In this document: positions 30,512-43,263 of the stretch, piece by piece
How positions within the stretch are numbered: the stretch's first letter is position 1
Layout: each line of letters opens with the position of its first letter
Translations under genes and position numbers: made by a program
Assembly (NCBI GenBank): GCA_963665115.1
Contig: OY762007.1
Location: 3,648,001-3,712,000, forward strand
DNA: 64,000 nucleotides
Source: an uncultured Rivularia sp.
Lineage (GTDB): Bacteria; Cyanobacteriota; Cyanobacteriia; Cyanobacteriales; Nostocaceae
Direction: 5' to 3'
Notes under the pieces: model-generated
The model's input: only the letters and a program-made list of their open reading frames with translations
What the model was told of the DNA's origin: nothing
Databases searched by the model: none

Positions 30512-32176
30512 ATGAAAAAATTATTCGATGTATTGTCGTTTACATCTGTTATTATAGTTTCTATTTTATCTCCTGCTCTAGCTGAAATAAATCCTGTTGA
30601 TAATTCAATAAATTTTCAAATAAATTCTGATTTAGTCGATAAAGATACTTTTAATCAAGAATATAGTCAACGACAGATTTATTTAGATAAAGTTACAGAT
30701 GTCGATCAATTACAAGATGTTAATCCCCAACATTGGGCTTATGAAGCGTTACGCAGTTTAGTTGAAAAGTATGATTGTCTTAGTATTTCAGGAGGTGAGT
30801 TTAATGGCGTTAAGCGAAGCTCTACCGAAGGTAATCGCCCAATGTCTCGTTATGAGTTTGCGGTTGCTTTTAATGCTTGTCTTTCCACTATTGAAGGTTT
30901 AATTGCTAATTCAAGTAACAGTTTGCTGAAGTTGGAAGATTTAACCGTTTTGGATCGAGTGCAAAGAGAATTTGCTTCTGAATTACGAGAGGTAAGAAAT
31001 AGAGTTGATAATTTAGAACAGCAAGTTACTTCTATTGAAAAAAATCAGTTTAGTACTACTGCAACTTTACAAGGTACGGTAGACTTTTATCTGATTAGAG
31101 CTTTTGGTGACGTAAAAGCAGCTGCACCGGGAGAAAATTCAAGAGAAAGTATAGATAAAAATGTAAGTTTTTCATCGCGTGCGGTGCTTGATTTTGATAC
31201 TAGTTTTACAGGTAAAGACTTATTGCGAACTAGTATACAGGCAGGGAATGTCAGCAGCTTTGATAGAAGTGCTGTTGGTACCGATATGATTAGTTTAATT
31301 GGAGCTACAAATACCGATAATCAATTAGATTTGGCTTCGCTTTATTACCAATCTCCTATAGGTAATAATCGCGGTACGGTTGTAATTGCACCAATTGCAG
31401 GTTTTCCCACTCGTATTTTTCCTTCACTTAATCCCGTTTCTTCAATCTCCACTTTCGGTAGCGAAAATCCGATTTATGCTTTTGCATTTGGTACGGGTGG
31501 AGTTGTCTACTACAAATTTACCGAGCAACTTGCTGGTGGTGTAAGTTATTTCACCACTTCCGGCTCAAATGTAGATGAAGGATTATTTGGCGAGCAATTC
31601 AGTTCGTTGTCTCAGTTAACTTATACTCCATCAGATAAAGTGGCGATCGCCTTAACTTACGGACGTTATTATGCACCGCAACCGGATTCGAGCATTAATG
31701 TAACTGGAGGGAAAGGAAGTAGATTTGCTCAATTACCTTTTGGAGATTCAGCGACTTCTACCAACGGTTTTGGTTTGCAGTTTACTTATAAATTAAGCAA
31801 AAAATTGATTTTAGGAGGTTGGGGTAGTTATCTGATTGCGAATGCAGAAGCCTCGCCAAATGTTGGTAACGTAAATGCTTCTCAAGGTGCCGATGCTGAT
31901 ATTTGGAGTTGGGCTGTAACGGCAGCTTTACCGGATTTAGGTAAACCAGGCTCTCAATTAAATTTTGTTTTTGGTATGCCTCCAAAAGTTACCAATAATG
32001 ATATTTCCGAACGTGAAGATAGAGATACTGCTTTACATTTTGAATTATCTTACAACTATCCTGTAAATGATAATATTTCAATTACCCCCGGAGTTGTAAT
32101 GATTACCAAACCGGAACATAATGCCGATAACGATACAATTTGGGTTGGGTTGATGAAGACTACTTTTAAGTTTTAA
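30512..32176 (+). CDS. SLH-OprB cyanobacterial porin (iron-uptake porin family)
   Basis: DVNPQHWAYEALRSLVEKY, SRYEFA, QFSTT, TSFTGKD motifs; terminal TTFKF. Confidence 0.9.
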   Translation: MKKLFDVLSFTSVIIVSILSPALAEINPVDNSINFQINSDLVDKDTFNQEYSQRQIYLDKVTDVDQLQDVNPQHWAYEALRSLVEKYDCLSISGGEFNGVKRSSTEGNRPMSRYEFAVAFNACLSTIEGLIANSSNSLLKLEDLTVLDRVQREFASELREVRNRVDNLEQQVTSIEKNQFSTTATLQGTVDFYLIRAFGDVKAAAPGENSRESIDKNVSFSSRAVLDFDTSFTGKDLLRTSIQAGNVSSFDRSAVGTDMISLIGATNTDNQLDLASLYYQSPIGNNRGTVVIAPIAGFPTRIFPSLNPVSSISTFGSENPIYAFAFGTGGVVYYKFTEQLAGGVSYFTTSGSNVDEGLFGEQFSSLSQLTYTPSDKVAIALTYGRYYAPQPDSSINVTGGKGSRFAQLPFGDSATSTNGFGLQFTYKLSKKLILGGWGSYLIANAEASPNVGNVNASQGADADIWSWAVTAALPDLGKPGSQLNFVFGMPPKVTNNDISEREDRDTALHFELSYNYPVNDNISITPGVVMITKPEHNADNDTIWVGLMKTTFKF

Positions 32177-32388
32177 TCAATTATCAATCATCAATTATCA
32201 ATTACCAATTATTACTTGCCATAAAATGCAGGTGTATATCAATTGTTAGTTGGTGTTGCAGAAACCGGGTTTCTTTTCAGCTAAGTATGCTAAATTCGTT
32301 TTTTTACTAATAGAAACCCGGTTTCTTATGTCTCAATGTTCGCTTTACAATTTTTAACAATCCCCAATGCCCAATCCCCAATCCCCAA

Positions 32389-34966
32389 TTATTCAGGTAT
32401 TAACAAAAGCGTTGATTCATTCTTATCATCAATATCAATTTCATCTTCCCAAGGCATGGAATGATATTTAATATCCCGCCAAGGTTCAATCATATCGGTG
32501 TAGTGGCGATTAAATGCGTGTCCCGATTGTCCGGTACTGTGGATTGCTTGCGAATTATCAAATTTTGCTAAGTCTACAATCATCCGTAATGAGGGAATAT
32601 GGGTAACTTCAAAAGATGATTGGTTGGCTTTCCAACGATTGGCATTTATGGTTTCTCCATCTCCTGCTGCTTGGTATGTACCCCGATTAAATAGTTGTTC
32701 AATCGCAGCTACCCCGGATTTTCCTAAAGTAACGTTACGAAAGTTTATTTTGTGTAGCTTTCCCCAAGTCCATTTTTCTGGGTTGTTACCTAAAGTATTT
32801 TCGAGTTCATTTACTGCTTCTACAAAAGCTAGTTTGAATATTTGATCTCGATTTTCTACTGATGCTGTATTGCGATTATCCCACCACAAATTATTGGGTT
32901 GTTCGACTAAGTTTTTCACCACAGCGTACCACCGATCGCTACCACCCGGATAATAATCTTCGGGTAGTTCGTCGTGAAATGTTACCGCTAGTAATTTTTT
33001 CCAGAATGTTTCAAAAATGGCGGATGCGGGTGATTCTATTTGCAGTTTAAAATCCCAATTCAATAATAATTGACGAGCATTTTCAATACGGGAATCATCG
33101 AAAGACATCGACTTTAAGATGGGCATCAAATCCCGTGCATTCAAATTGAGATTATCAGCTTGTATCAACTTAATATCGGCTAAAGTTAATGGCTGGTTTG
33201 CATTAGAAATTATTTCTTCAATACGTTTTGCACGATACCCGCGAACCCAATCTTTGGTAATCACGTAGGGATAACTTTCATCAACTACGGCATTATTTGC
33301 AGTAATAATATATCCTCGCGCTGGATTAAAACTGTGGGGTAATTCTTCAAAATCAATATAGCCTTGCCATTCATATTTATTATTCCAACCCGGTACCGGA
33401 TAGCGTCCATCTCCTTGTTGACGTATGGGAGTTTTACCGGGCATTTGATAGCCGATATTTCCATCAACGTCTGCGTATACTAAATTTTGAGCCGCAATAT
33501 CAAATTTACTCGCAGCAACGCGGAATTCTTGCCAATTTTGAGCGCGATTTATTTCTGGAAGGGCAGCGATTAATGTGGAAGGTTCTAAAGCAGTCCCAGC
33601 GCAAGGAAACGGCGTAATTACTAGGAATTTTAGTTGATGAATTTTCACCGAATTTTTCTAATGGGGGAAGAACATCAGAAAGAATCGGACCGTGTTTAGT
33701 GTAGCGGATAATTTGATTTACTGGTTCAGAAGAAGCAACTTGAATTTCTTCTTTCACAAGCTGCATATCAACCCATTTACCATTTACTTCATATTGATTG
33801 GGATTTTTGGGATTAATCTTTTCTACATACAAGTCCATCGTGTCAGACATCACGTTTGTTACACCCCAAGCAATGCGGTTGTTATGTCCGACAATTACCC
33901 CCGGCACCCCTGCAAAGGTAAAACCCGTGACGTTATAAGGGCAATCTTTATTTATTGAATTATTTATTGAATTATTTGTTGAATTGCCTGTTGAATTGCA
34001 GTGCAAACCTAACTCATACCAAATCGAAGGCATTTGCACGGCTAAATGTGGGTCATCAGCTACAATCGGTTTACCCGTACTAGTGCGTTTACCCGAAATT
34101 GTCCAACTGTTGGAACCCACGCCCATTCCCGTAGCACCAAGAATTTCTTCCATCGCAGTTACGTTACTGGCAATAGATTTTAAGGAAGGAGTAATATCTT
34201 GTAGAGCAAGTAAATTTCTATCTTCTGTTGTGTTATTTACTTCCTTTCCTGCAACTTGAAAATCAGGTACAATTACTGGGAATTCTTCGGGATAAAGTGG
34301 GAAAAGTTCATCTACCCGTGCTTGAGGAAAAGATTTTAAGAGAATACTACGTTCGATCTCATCACCAAGATTTGTACTGAGATCGTAAGCCATTACTTTA
34401 CCCCAAAGGATAGAGTGTATTGGCTGCCAAGGTTCCGGACGATAGTTGCGATTAAGAAGTTTTAATACAGCATATTCCAAACTCAAAGCGCTACCCTGAT
34501 GATTTGCTAAGTAAGCATTTACACCTTCTGCATAAGCTTGTAAATTATCTTTTGTGCGATCGTCCAAGGTTTCAGCAAATTCCTGCTGTGCCAACTTTTT
34601 CCAACCCATTGTCCGCAGAAACCGATCCTTGTCTAACTGGGACTCACCAAACATTTCTGACAATCTTCCAGCGCCGATATGTCGCCAAAAATCCATTTGC
34701 CAGAAACGATCTTGAGCGTGGACGTAACCTTCAGCTAAAAACAGATCGTGGGAAGAAGCAGCGTAGATTTGTGGGATTCCCCATTCATCTCGCTGGACTT
34801 TCACTTTACTTTCCAATCCCGGAATTGTAATAGTGCCGCTTTCTTGGGGAAAAGATTTTCTATAGGTATAAGTAGTCAATCCCGCTAAAGTTATAAATAA
34901 TATCAGAATTATTATTCCAATACTCTTAAATACGGCCCCAAGCCTACCTTTTTTCAAATGTTCCAT
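32389..34966 (-). CDS. Penicillin acylase family (Ntn hydrolase), +1 frameshift near 33597
   Basis: RDEWGIP, AQDRFWQMD, GSNSW nucleophile, QNLVYAD and TANN motifs. Removing one G gives SLRWTALEP and joins both ORFs. Confidence 0.88.
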
Positions 34967-35397
34967 CTATTCCCCAGTGGCTGAAATTCCGGTTAAACAA
35001 ACGACATTATATAGCTTTGTGGGTGATGTTGAACGGGGAATTGAGATAGGGAGATGGGGAGATGGGGGAGAAAAAGAATTAATTAATTATTTTCCTTTAG
35101 TGCTGAAGACTGTGGTGTACATCATTAACATTCCACCTAGAAAAATTAAGAAGGCGATTCCTGCTGTAACTAAGTCGAGAATGTTGGTATTTTCCATGAT
35201 TGGTTTTTTGGTGGTTTTTATTTTTGGTTGTTTGTTAATAGTTTATGGCTTGTTTCGCTTAAATAAACCCGGTTGTTATCAAAATTATGATTTGTTGATA
35301 ACAGCTATTGGTGCGTTGCACTCCGTGACAACACACCCTACAACTAACAACTAACCACGCTCCAACTAACAACTAACTACTAATTACTAACTACTAA

Positions 35398-36534
35398 TTA
35401 AAAATCAACACCGCGCTTGGGTTCCACTCCATGATTAGCGTAATGTTTATGACAGTAGACTTCTGAGTGAACGCTGGCTAGTTCAAAGTATTCTGGCTGA
35501 TTTTGGCAGCGCCCGGTGATAATTACTTCTGTATGCCGAGGCTTGCGAAGTAATGCTTCTACTATTGGCTCTACTGGAAGTAATTCTAAATCTACTGTGG
35601 GATTAAGTTCGTCAAGAATAATTGTTTTATAGAGTCCCGAAGCTATGGCTGTCTTGGCTATTTCCCAACCTCTTTCGGCTTCTATATAGTCCAATTCTTG
35701 CCGAGAGTTTCGCCACACTATGGCATCTCCTCCGCAGCGTTGATGGTCTACTACTTCGGGATAAGATTGCTGTAATGCGGCGATCGCCTCATCTTCGGTG
35801 TATCCAGTACCACCTTTAAGCCACTGCATAATCAATACACGAGTGGAACCCGGATGGTTGATTCCTCTGCCTATGGCTTTTAAAGCTTTACCTAAAGCAC
35901 TGGTAGATTTTCCTTTACCCGATCCAGTATATATTTCAATACCTGATAAACCATGTAGTTCAGCACTGGAATGATGTTGGGGCTTCATCTCGGAATGCAA
36001 ATCAGCTATATCTAATAGCTCTTGTGGGGCACCTCTTCCGGTTGCAATAACTTCTAAATCTTGAGGTTTGGATTTTAAAGTTTTTACTACTTCATTAACT
36101 TCTAGCAAGCCCAAATCCAATACCGGGTTAATTTCATCCAATACAACCACTGAATACAACCCCGAAGCTATAGCACCTTTAGCAACATCCCAACCTCTGA
36201 TAGCTTCCTGTCTATCGAAAGTAATAACTTCATTCTTGTCAAAATATTCTGCCCTACCAGTACGTACCTGATCGATTAAATGAGGAAAACCTCTTTGCAA
36301 AGCTGCGATCGCGCCATCTTCGTCATAATCTCTTTCAGGCCCTTTTAGAAACCGTAGCAGCAAGACGCGGTTGTAATTATTTGAGTTCTTGATACCTAAA
36401 CCAATTGAACGTAAAACTACTCCCAAAGCCGCTTGAGACTTACCTTTACCCGCGCCATCATAAACGTGAATTTGACCTTTAAGCCTTACCGGACGCAATT
36501 GTGCCGTGCGAATACCGATGCCGTTCCTTGTCAT
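35398..36534 (-). CDS. cobO: Cob(I)yrinic acid a,c-diamide adenosyltransferase, tandem-domain cyanobacterial form
   Basis: Two GxGKGKS P-loops with LDE and TGR motifs. Confidence 0.85.
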   Translation of the reverse strand: MTRNGIGIRTAQLRPVRLKGQIHVYDGAGKGKSQAALGVVLRSIGLGIKNSNNYNRVLLLRFLKGPERDYDEDGAIAALQRGFPHLIDQVRTGRAEYFDKNEVITFDRQEAIRGWDVAKGAIASGLYSVVVLDEINPVLDLGLLEVNEVVKTLKSKPQDLEVIATGRGAPQELLDIADLHSEMKPQHHSSAELHGLSGIEIYTGSGKGKSTSALGKALKAIGRGINHPGSTRVLIMQWLKGGTGYTEDEAIAALQQSYPEVVDHQRCGGDAIVWRNSRQELDYIEAERGWEIAKTAIASGLYKTIILDELNPTVDLELLPVEPIVEALLRKPRHTEVIITGRCQNQPEYFELASVHSEVYCHKHYANHGVEPKRGVDF

Positions 36535-36641
36535 AAAAAATCTCGGTAGTTTGGATTAATGTTTTTAAAATTGAGAGTAAAAACGCGCTCATTATGGCAA
36601 TCTTTTATCTTACCCAAATGCAGGTACCATCAGGAAGAGAT

Positions 36642-36761
36642 ATTCGTGAGTGGCAGCATCTTGCTCGCTGGCTGCAACGAGGGAGATGCTCGCACTTATT
36701 CCACGAGGGAGCAAAACGCGAGCGCTTCTTCCGCGAGGGAGCGAGACGCTGCCACTACGAA
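36642..36761. repeat. REP doublet (GTAGTGGCAGCRTCTYGCTCSCT family)
   Basis: Inverted outer arms. Related single units near 3003, 43491 and 46940. Confidence 0.65.
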
Positions 36762-37152
36762 CAATTTTTCCCGGTGTATCGTAAACATAAAAATTCTTCT
36801 TCCCCCTCTCCCCCCTCATAACTTAATGTAGCGGTGAATCTAGTTGACGGTGTAGGTTTATGAACGCGAAGGGGTTTTATTTGTGTAGTAGTAGTAATAA
36901 ACCGCCAGATAGTTTTAAAACATCCTCTTTTCCCGATTCCCGATTCTCCATTCTCCTGATACAGTGCGCTCTTGTAGATCAATTGTCATAAAACACCATA
37001 AGCTACCTTGCCTTTAAGAATTATTTACCTTTATGCTGATTCCAGTATAAAAAATGGTAAAAGACATAAATTCCGTTTAATATTATTTACTGCTAAAGAC
37101 TTTATATTACAAAGGTAGTACTCTAAAATACATTGAGTGGGGTAACAATCAG

Positions 37153-37731
37153 ATGCTAGATGGCTTAGACTTTTCCACGCCTTTCCGAGTTTTTCCTTTT
37201 GGTGTAATCTTATTTGACTTTCTATTTTTATTAGTAGCAATTCCAGTAGAGGCATTTATTCTAAATAAAAGATTGAAGTTCGATAAGAGAACTTGTTCTT
37301 TTTACGCTATTGCCATAAATCTCTTTTCCAATGTTATCGGTTGGGTCGTTTTCTTTATTTTGGAGCCAAATAATTTTTTTGGTTCTTACAAATCACAGTT
37401 GATTAATTTTTTGCTCTACAATCGCCTAAATAATCAAGTTTATGGTGCTATTGTGATGGCAGCATTTACCACTTTCTTTGGGACTTTGATGATAAAGTTT
37501 GCATTGTTAAAGCTCTTTGTTATAGCTTTAAGCAACCCTGGAGAAAAAAAGGCAGCACCGGAAACAGAAAATACTATATTGTTGCAGCGAAAATCGCGTC
37601 GGGGCAGTAGAAAAGGATTCCAAAGTACAAGCTTATTTACTACTATACTAATTGCTAATTCATTTAGCTATAGTGCAATTACTTTAGTCGTAATGTTTCG
37701 CATATTCGCTAGAACAACTAACGCTTTATAG
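37153..37731 (+). CDS. fraC: Filament integrity protein FraC
   Basis: FLFLLVAIPVEA...FYAIAINLFS...GW...ILIANSFSYSAI; first gene of fraCDE. Confidence 0.85.
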   Translation: MLDGLDFSTPFRVFPFGVILFDFLFLLVAIPVEAFILNKRLKFDKRTCSFYAIAINLFSNVIGWVVFFILEPNNFFGSYKSQLINFLLYNRLNNQVYGAIVMAAFTTFFGTLMIKFALLKLFVIALSNPGEKKAAPETENTILLQRKSRRGSRKGFQSTSLFTTILIANSFSYSAITLVVMFRIFARTTNAL

Positions 37732-37883
37732 TAGCTTTTTTAAGCATGGAAAATGGGAAGTTAGAAGAAATAAACATCAATGTGCTTGTGCAATAGATAA
37801 AGAATTTTTCTGCGCTTGCCCGACGATGAAAACTAATAATCTTCGTTCTTAGCTATTGAATAACAAAATTAATCGGAGGTAAA

Positions 37884-38943
37884 ATGGGCGTATTAAAGGA
37901 GACAGCAGATTTACTTGGCTTAGCATTTCTATTTGAGTTTCTAAAAGATGCTGTTGAAGGAATTAAAAAATTCTTCATACCGCCAAAAGCTTTTTCTTGG
38001 CAAACATTGATTTATCTTAGTTTATTTTCTTGGTTGATGTCATCTTTAGCCAATGATGGTCCAATCCAAGATATTATTGCATTTTTCGGTTGGGCATTTT
38101 TAATAGCAGGAACTTCCTGGTATACCACTGATAAACCTTTATACATCCCCGGTACTATTATGCCTGTTGGAGCAGTAATAACTGGAGGTATAGTCAGCGT
38201 TTTTGCTTTTCAGCAAGACGAAGAACTTATAACTAGAACCATTATTTTTTGGCCAACAATATCGGCTTTAATCACTGCTGTTCCCGAATTCTTTGAAGGA
38301 AGCGGTACCGATGTAAAAGCTCAGTTACCAGACTTAAATGACCGCGAGAGTGTCATAGTTTTAATTGGCTGCTGTATGTTGTTAAGTTGCTGGTTGAATC
38401 TCTACGGAGTTACAGATAGCTGGTTAAACGAATATCCCAGTGCAAAATATCCAATTTATAGAGATAATTCTCAACGCAACGATTTATTGACGGTAGTGGA
38501 ACCTGAAGAGAGAATTCCTCAAAACGGGGTGTTAATTCTCAACAAGCTTCAGTCAGCAGTAGAAACAGCATTAGATGGAAAATCTTGGTCTGAAGTTGAA
38601 TTATGGTTAAAAAACGCGAATCGAAAAGTTAGTCAGCTTGGTGAGAAAATTATAGAGATTAATCTGCTAAAGTTTGAAGAAAAAGATTTTTGGAAGATGG
38701 AAGCTAATGTGGAGAATATCATTCCAAAAGATATTAATTCTGGATACAAACTAGATTTATATAGTGTTTGGCAAGGGCCCCAGCGCGACAAAAGATGGAT
38801 ATTATCTCAGAAGAACCTGTCAAATTGAACCTATCGCAGAGCGTGATGAATCAATTGGCTCTAAAGGTGAACTAATAACTGTTGCAGAATTGGAGTGTTT
38901 GCCAAAAATTTCCTATATTGCAGGGCAACCTCCCCGAAATTAA
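37884..38943 (+). CDS. fraD: Septal junction protein FraD, +1 frameshift near 38780
   Basis: PPKAFSWQTLIYLS motif and 5 TM segments. Removing one C restores WQGPSATKDGYYLRRTCQIEP...AELEC...PPRN*. Confidence 0.82.
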
Positions 38944-39013
38944 AGTAAAAATTGACAATCAATAATTGATAAATCATAACTGAGAAGTGATCTTGACTAA
39001 CTTGTAAATCAAT

Positions 39014-39793
39014 ATGAATGTCAACAGAGTAATTGCGATCGCCAACAATTCTTTTCGAGAAGTAGTGCGCGATCGCATTTTGTATATTATCGGCTTTTAC
39101 GCAGTTATATTAGCTATTGCTGCTATGTTGCTACCACAGTTAGCAGCAGCAACGGAAGACAAAATGTTTTTAGACTTGGGTTTAGCGGTAATGAGCATCC
39201 TTAGTCTAATTATTGCAGTTTTTGTAGGTACGGGATTAGTTAGCAAAGAAATAGAGAAACGCACAATTTTGATGTTAATTGCTAAACCCATAAGTCGAAA
39301 TGAGTTTATTCTGGGTAAATATTTAGGCTTATCGACTGTTTTAGCTTTACTTGTCGTGGCGATGAGTGCAATTTATCTTATATTCTTACAAGTAAATAAT
39401 ATTAATTATTCAGCCACAAGTATTATAATCAATGCTGTTTTCCTAATTTTGCAGCTATCTTTAATTAGCGCTATAGCTATTGCCTTTGGTGTATTTACAG
39501 GTTCTATATTAGCAACTGCCTTAACATTTGCAGTCTATTTAATGGGAAATATAACCCAGGATTTACTTAAACTTGCTCAGGTTAACGAAAATCCTGGTTT
39601 GGAAAAAATAACCCAAGGTTTATATTTACTTTTACCGGATTTATCGCGTTTAGATTTAAAAAACGATGCTGTGTATGGTTTATCAGCATTACCCGATTCC
39701 ACTACACTATTTATAAATGCTGGCTACAGTTTAGTTTACAGTGCGATGCTTTTAGCTATAGCTGCGTTTATTTTTTCGCAAAAAGAGTTTTGA
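39014..39793 (+). CDS. fraE: ABC-2 type permease FraE
   Basis: FREVVRDR, KEIEKRT...KPISR..FILGK and LPDLSRL motifs; position after fraD. Confidence 0.8.
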   Translation: MNVNRVIAIANNSFREVVRDRILYIIGFYAVILAIAAMLLPQLAAATEDKMFLDLGLAVMSILSLIIAVFVGTGLVSKEIEKRTILMLIAKPISRNEFILGKYLGLSTVLALLVVAMSAIYLIFLQVNNINYSATSIIINAVFLILQLSLISAIAIAFGVFTGSILATALTFAVYLMGNITQDLLKLAQVNENPGLEKITQGLYLLLPDLSRLDLKNDAVYGLSALPDSTTLFINAGYSLVYSAMLLAIAAFIFSQKEF

Positions 39794-40062
39794 TGATAGC
39801 TAGGTTGCCGTTGATGAAAATTGTAATAGGGAATAGGGAGTAGGGATAAGGGTTTCAACTCAATTTACTTTCTGTTACAGAGTTGAGTTTATTTGTACCC
39901 ACTTACTTAGTGAGGAATTAGGAGTTAGGAGTTGAGAGTCGAAAATTACGAATTTAAAACAGCAATACGAAATACCCTATCTTATATAGTTGTTTAAATT
40001 TATTTTCGTATTGGTAGCTCTTTTCCCTATTCCCCGTATTCCCTATTCATAAATCCAAAATA

Positions 40063-40767
40063 TCAACTAAGGCAAAAAATTTGAACTAGTTTAATTTTAC
40101 CATCAGGCATAATTGCTCGATCTAAATTAGTATTTTGAAAGTTTGTACCCTGTAAATTTGCTTCTTTTAAATTTGCTTGCGTTAAATTAGCCCAGGCTAA
40201 ATCGGCATTAGTTAAATCTGCTTGATTCAAATTAGCTTCTAATAAATTCGCACCACATAATCTTGCTAATTGAAGATTCGCTTGGAACAAATTAGCTTCT
40301 ATTAAAGATGCTTCTATAAACTGGGCTTTTTTTAAGTTCGCTTTCTGCAAATTCGTATCGCACAATGAAGCTTCCTGTAAATTGCTATAAGAAAGGTTTG
40401 CGCCCGAACATATTGCACCACACAAAGAAGCTCTTGTTAAATCGGCATCGGTTAAATCGGCTTCTACTAAAGAGGCTTCATGCATATGTACTTCTCGCAA
40501 ACTAGCTCTAGCCAAATTTGCGCTATTTAATCTTGCATTAGTAAGAATTGCTCCGTCAAAGTTCGCATTACGCAAATCTGCTCCAGTAAAATTGATTCCA
40601 CTTAAATCGAGTTCTCTTAAATCAATTCCACTTAAACTGTATCCGCTAAAGTCTCTCGATCCAAAACGATCGGTAATTTGACTTAACACAAATTCTTGCT
40701 TGTCAGCACTATTAATCATAATTTTTTCCTCACTTTTGTAACATTTTTCAAATCGCCATCCTGACAA
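40063..40767 (-). CDS. Pentapeptide repeat protein
   Basis: A(D/N)LxX repeats; likely start at MINS. Confidence 0.88.
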   Translation of the reverse strand: MSGWRFEKCYKSEEKIMINSADKQEFVLSQITDRFGSRDFSGYSLSGIDLRELDLSGINFTGADLRNANFDGAILTNARLNSANLARASLREVHMHEASLVEADLTDADLTRASLCGAICSGANLSYSNLQEASLCDTNLQKANLKKAQFIEASLIEANLFQANLQLARLCGANLLEANLNQADLTNADLAWANLTQANLKEANLQGTNFQNTNLDRAIMPDGKIKLVQIFCLS

Positions 40768-41236
40768 TTACTGTATTTCGAGGTTACACCCTAAAAGCAA
40801 ATGATTACATTAATCAAATTTTAAATTTTTGCGAAAAAATGATTAAAGTAACCATAAGTACTAGATAACGGCTAGTTTACAGCAAACTTAATTGTCAAAA
40901 CATCCTGATAAAATCATCAAAACCTGATAAGAAAAGACATATAAATATAACAAGTCACAGGTTTATGACTTTTAAATGTTTACATTTTTACTTGTTCAAC
41001 TGAAGATTATGCTGTTGATTTAAAGTTAAAAGCAAAGAACCAAAAATATGTTTGTACTGTTATATTAATTTATCGGGATTATAATTACAATTTAATGTTT
41101 TATTAAACAACATAAATTGGATAAGTATCTTTACCTATCCTAATATCATCTTATTTCTCTGCTCCCTGTCCCCTCTTCTACGACTATTTAATGCCGCATA
41201 ACAATTACTATGGTCGTTTTTATTAAGATTGCCTAA

Positions 41237-42140
41237 TTAACTATCCTCACCCCAAGTCCGTAATTGAAAGTAAACTAACACCATTGCTATTGCTAATAAT
41301 ACGGTTGCTGCTGCTGCCGCGTAACCGAAATCAAATTGACCGAAAGCTTCTTGGTAAATGTAATAAACCAGCAAATTTGTAGAATTTAAAGGGCCACCAC
41401 CACTGATTACATAAACTTGTTCAAAACTACGTAAAGTGAAAATAACTGTGGTTATTGTCGAAAATATTAGAGTAGGGCGCAATCCCGGTAAAGTCACGAA
41501 CCAAAACTGCTCCCAACTGTTAGCACCGTCAAGTTCTGCTGCTTCATAACGACTAACTGGAATTGCCTGTAAACCAGCTAGAAAGACCACCATATTAAAA
41601 CCAAGCTGTTTCCAAATACTGAGTAAAATTATTACTGGCATTGCCCATACGGTACTGCTTAGCCAAGATATAGATTCAATTCCAACACTATTTAAAAGTG
41701 CGTTGACGGGACCTTCATTTTGAAATAGCCAGCGAAATCCCAAGCCAGCGGCTACTAAAGAAATAATTGAAGGTAGAAAATAGGAAGTTCGTAAAAATCC
41801 CCGCAAAATTATATTACTATTTAGTAAGACTGCTAATCCTAAAGGAATCACAATACTGGGTATAACCGTAGCAATTGTGAAATAAGCTGTATTCCACATC
41901 ACTTGTGAAAAATCAGGATTAAGTATCAAACGTAGATAATTTTTTAACCCTACCCAAGTTGTACCTTCTTTAGTAAAACTACCATTCGTGAAACTGAGGT
42001 AGAACAAATAACCAATGGGGCCCAATAACAAAAACTCCTAATAGAATGAGTGCCGGAGTTAGAAAAAACCAAGCTGCAAAGGTTTCGTTGTCTAATAGTT
42101 CTTTAAAAGACGAGTTGGAAGGTTTAGTGTTTTGCTGCAT
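41237..42140 (-). CDS. Carbohydrate ABC transporter permease, +1 frameshift near 42020
   Basis: EAAELDGA motif. Upstream frame MQQNTK...AAWFFLTPALILLGVFV joins after removing one base in GGGCCCC. Confidence 0.85.
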
Positions 42141-42365
42141 TAGATGCGGTGATATTTTGCGTACAGCTATTTTATCGAAATGTGGTCGGCAAACCCGAAT
42201 TCAACTTTTTTAAATAATCACTCTACAGATGGTTATAGTTGCATAATTATTAACCTATTTCTAAGCGGAAGGCAGCACTTACTACGAACTATTAAAATTA
42301 ACTTCGATGCAATACCATGCGTTGCAAAATTGGGGGATAATTTTTTAAATATCTTCTCCCCTCCC

Positions 42366-43229
42366 ATGATAGAACCCAAAATTATCGTAGATTCCCAACA
42401 CCACAACGCCGAGTGTCCTTTATGGCATCCCCAGCAGCAATGTCTTTACTGGACAGATATTCCTAGAGGAAAACTGTTTCGCTACTATCCACAGACAGAT
42501 ATTCATTCTGAAATTTATTCTGGTGAACCCGTTGGTGGCTTAACTTTGCAAAATGATGGTTCTTTACTGTTATTTAAAACCAAAGGAACTATCGAACGTT
42601 GGGAAGAAGGTAAAATTACGACATTAATTAATGAAATTCCCGCAGAAAGACATACTCGTTTTAACGATGCGATCGCAGATCCGATGGGACGAGTTTTTTC
42701 GGGAACAATGGCAACTTCAGAAGATAAAGGCAGACTCTACCGCATAGATACCGATGGTTCGATTCATGTAATTTTAGAAAAACTTTTGGTTCCCAACGGT
42801 ATGGGTTTTTCTCCAGATTTAAAATATTTTTATCTTACCGATTCGGACGCTCGTACTATCTACCGTTTTGACTACAACCAAGAAACAGGTGATATTACTA
42901 ATCAACAAAATCATATAGTTATCCCCGGAGGTGAAGGAGTTCCCGACGGAATGACGGTTGATGCTGAGGGCTACATTTGGTCGGCTCGTTGGGATGGAAG
43001 TCACTTATATCGTTATACTCCTGACGGTACCGAAGTTTTACGCATAGAGTTTCCGGCTTTAAAAGTTACCTGCATGACTTTCGGTGGCTCGGATTACAGC
43101 GAGATATTTGTTAGTACTGCTGGAGGTAATGAGCGCTCTACAGAAGGTGCTGGAGCCGGAGCAATGTTTCACTTTCAAGCTGATGTTAAAGGAGTGCCAG
43201 AATTTAAATCTCGGATCTTTATTGATTAG
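42366..43229 (+). CDS. SMP-30/gluconolactonase family protein
   Basis: ECPLW, LYWTDI, RFND, PNGMGFSPD and PDGMTVDAEG motifs; start taken at MIEPK. Confidence 0.9.
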   Translation: MIEPKIIVDSQHHNAECPLWHPQQQCLYWTDIPRGKLFRYYPQTDIHSEIYSGEPVGGLTLQNDGSLLLFKTKGTIERWEEGKITTLINEIPAERHTRFNDAIADPMGRVFSGTMATSEDKGRLYRIDTDGSIHVILEKLLVPNGMGFSPDLKYFYLTDSDARTIYRFDYNQETGDITNQQNHIVIPGGEGVPDGMTVDAEGYIWSARWDGSHLYRYTPDGTEVLRIEFPALKVTCMTFGGSDYSEIFVSTAGGNERSTEGAGAGAMFHFQADVKGVPEFKSRIFID

Positions 43230-43263
43230 TGACGGAAACTCCTATAATTTTTTGAGGTATATT

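Noticed and set aside
34977..35354. 125-aa plus-strand ORF
   Set aside because: It runs through STRR and REP repeats, has no recognisable motif and is probably spurious.
36559..36982. Overlapping short ORFs, or a cobalamin riboswitch upstream of cobO
   Set aside because: The ORFs are translations of REP palindromes, and I could not identify the B12-box consensus.
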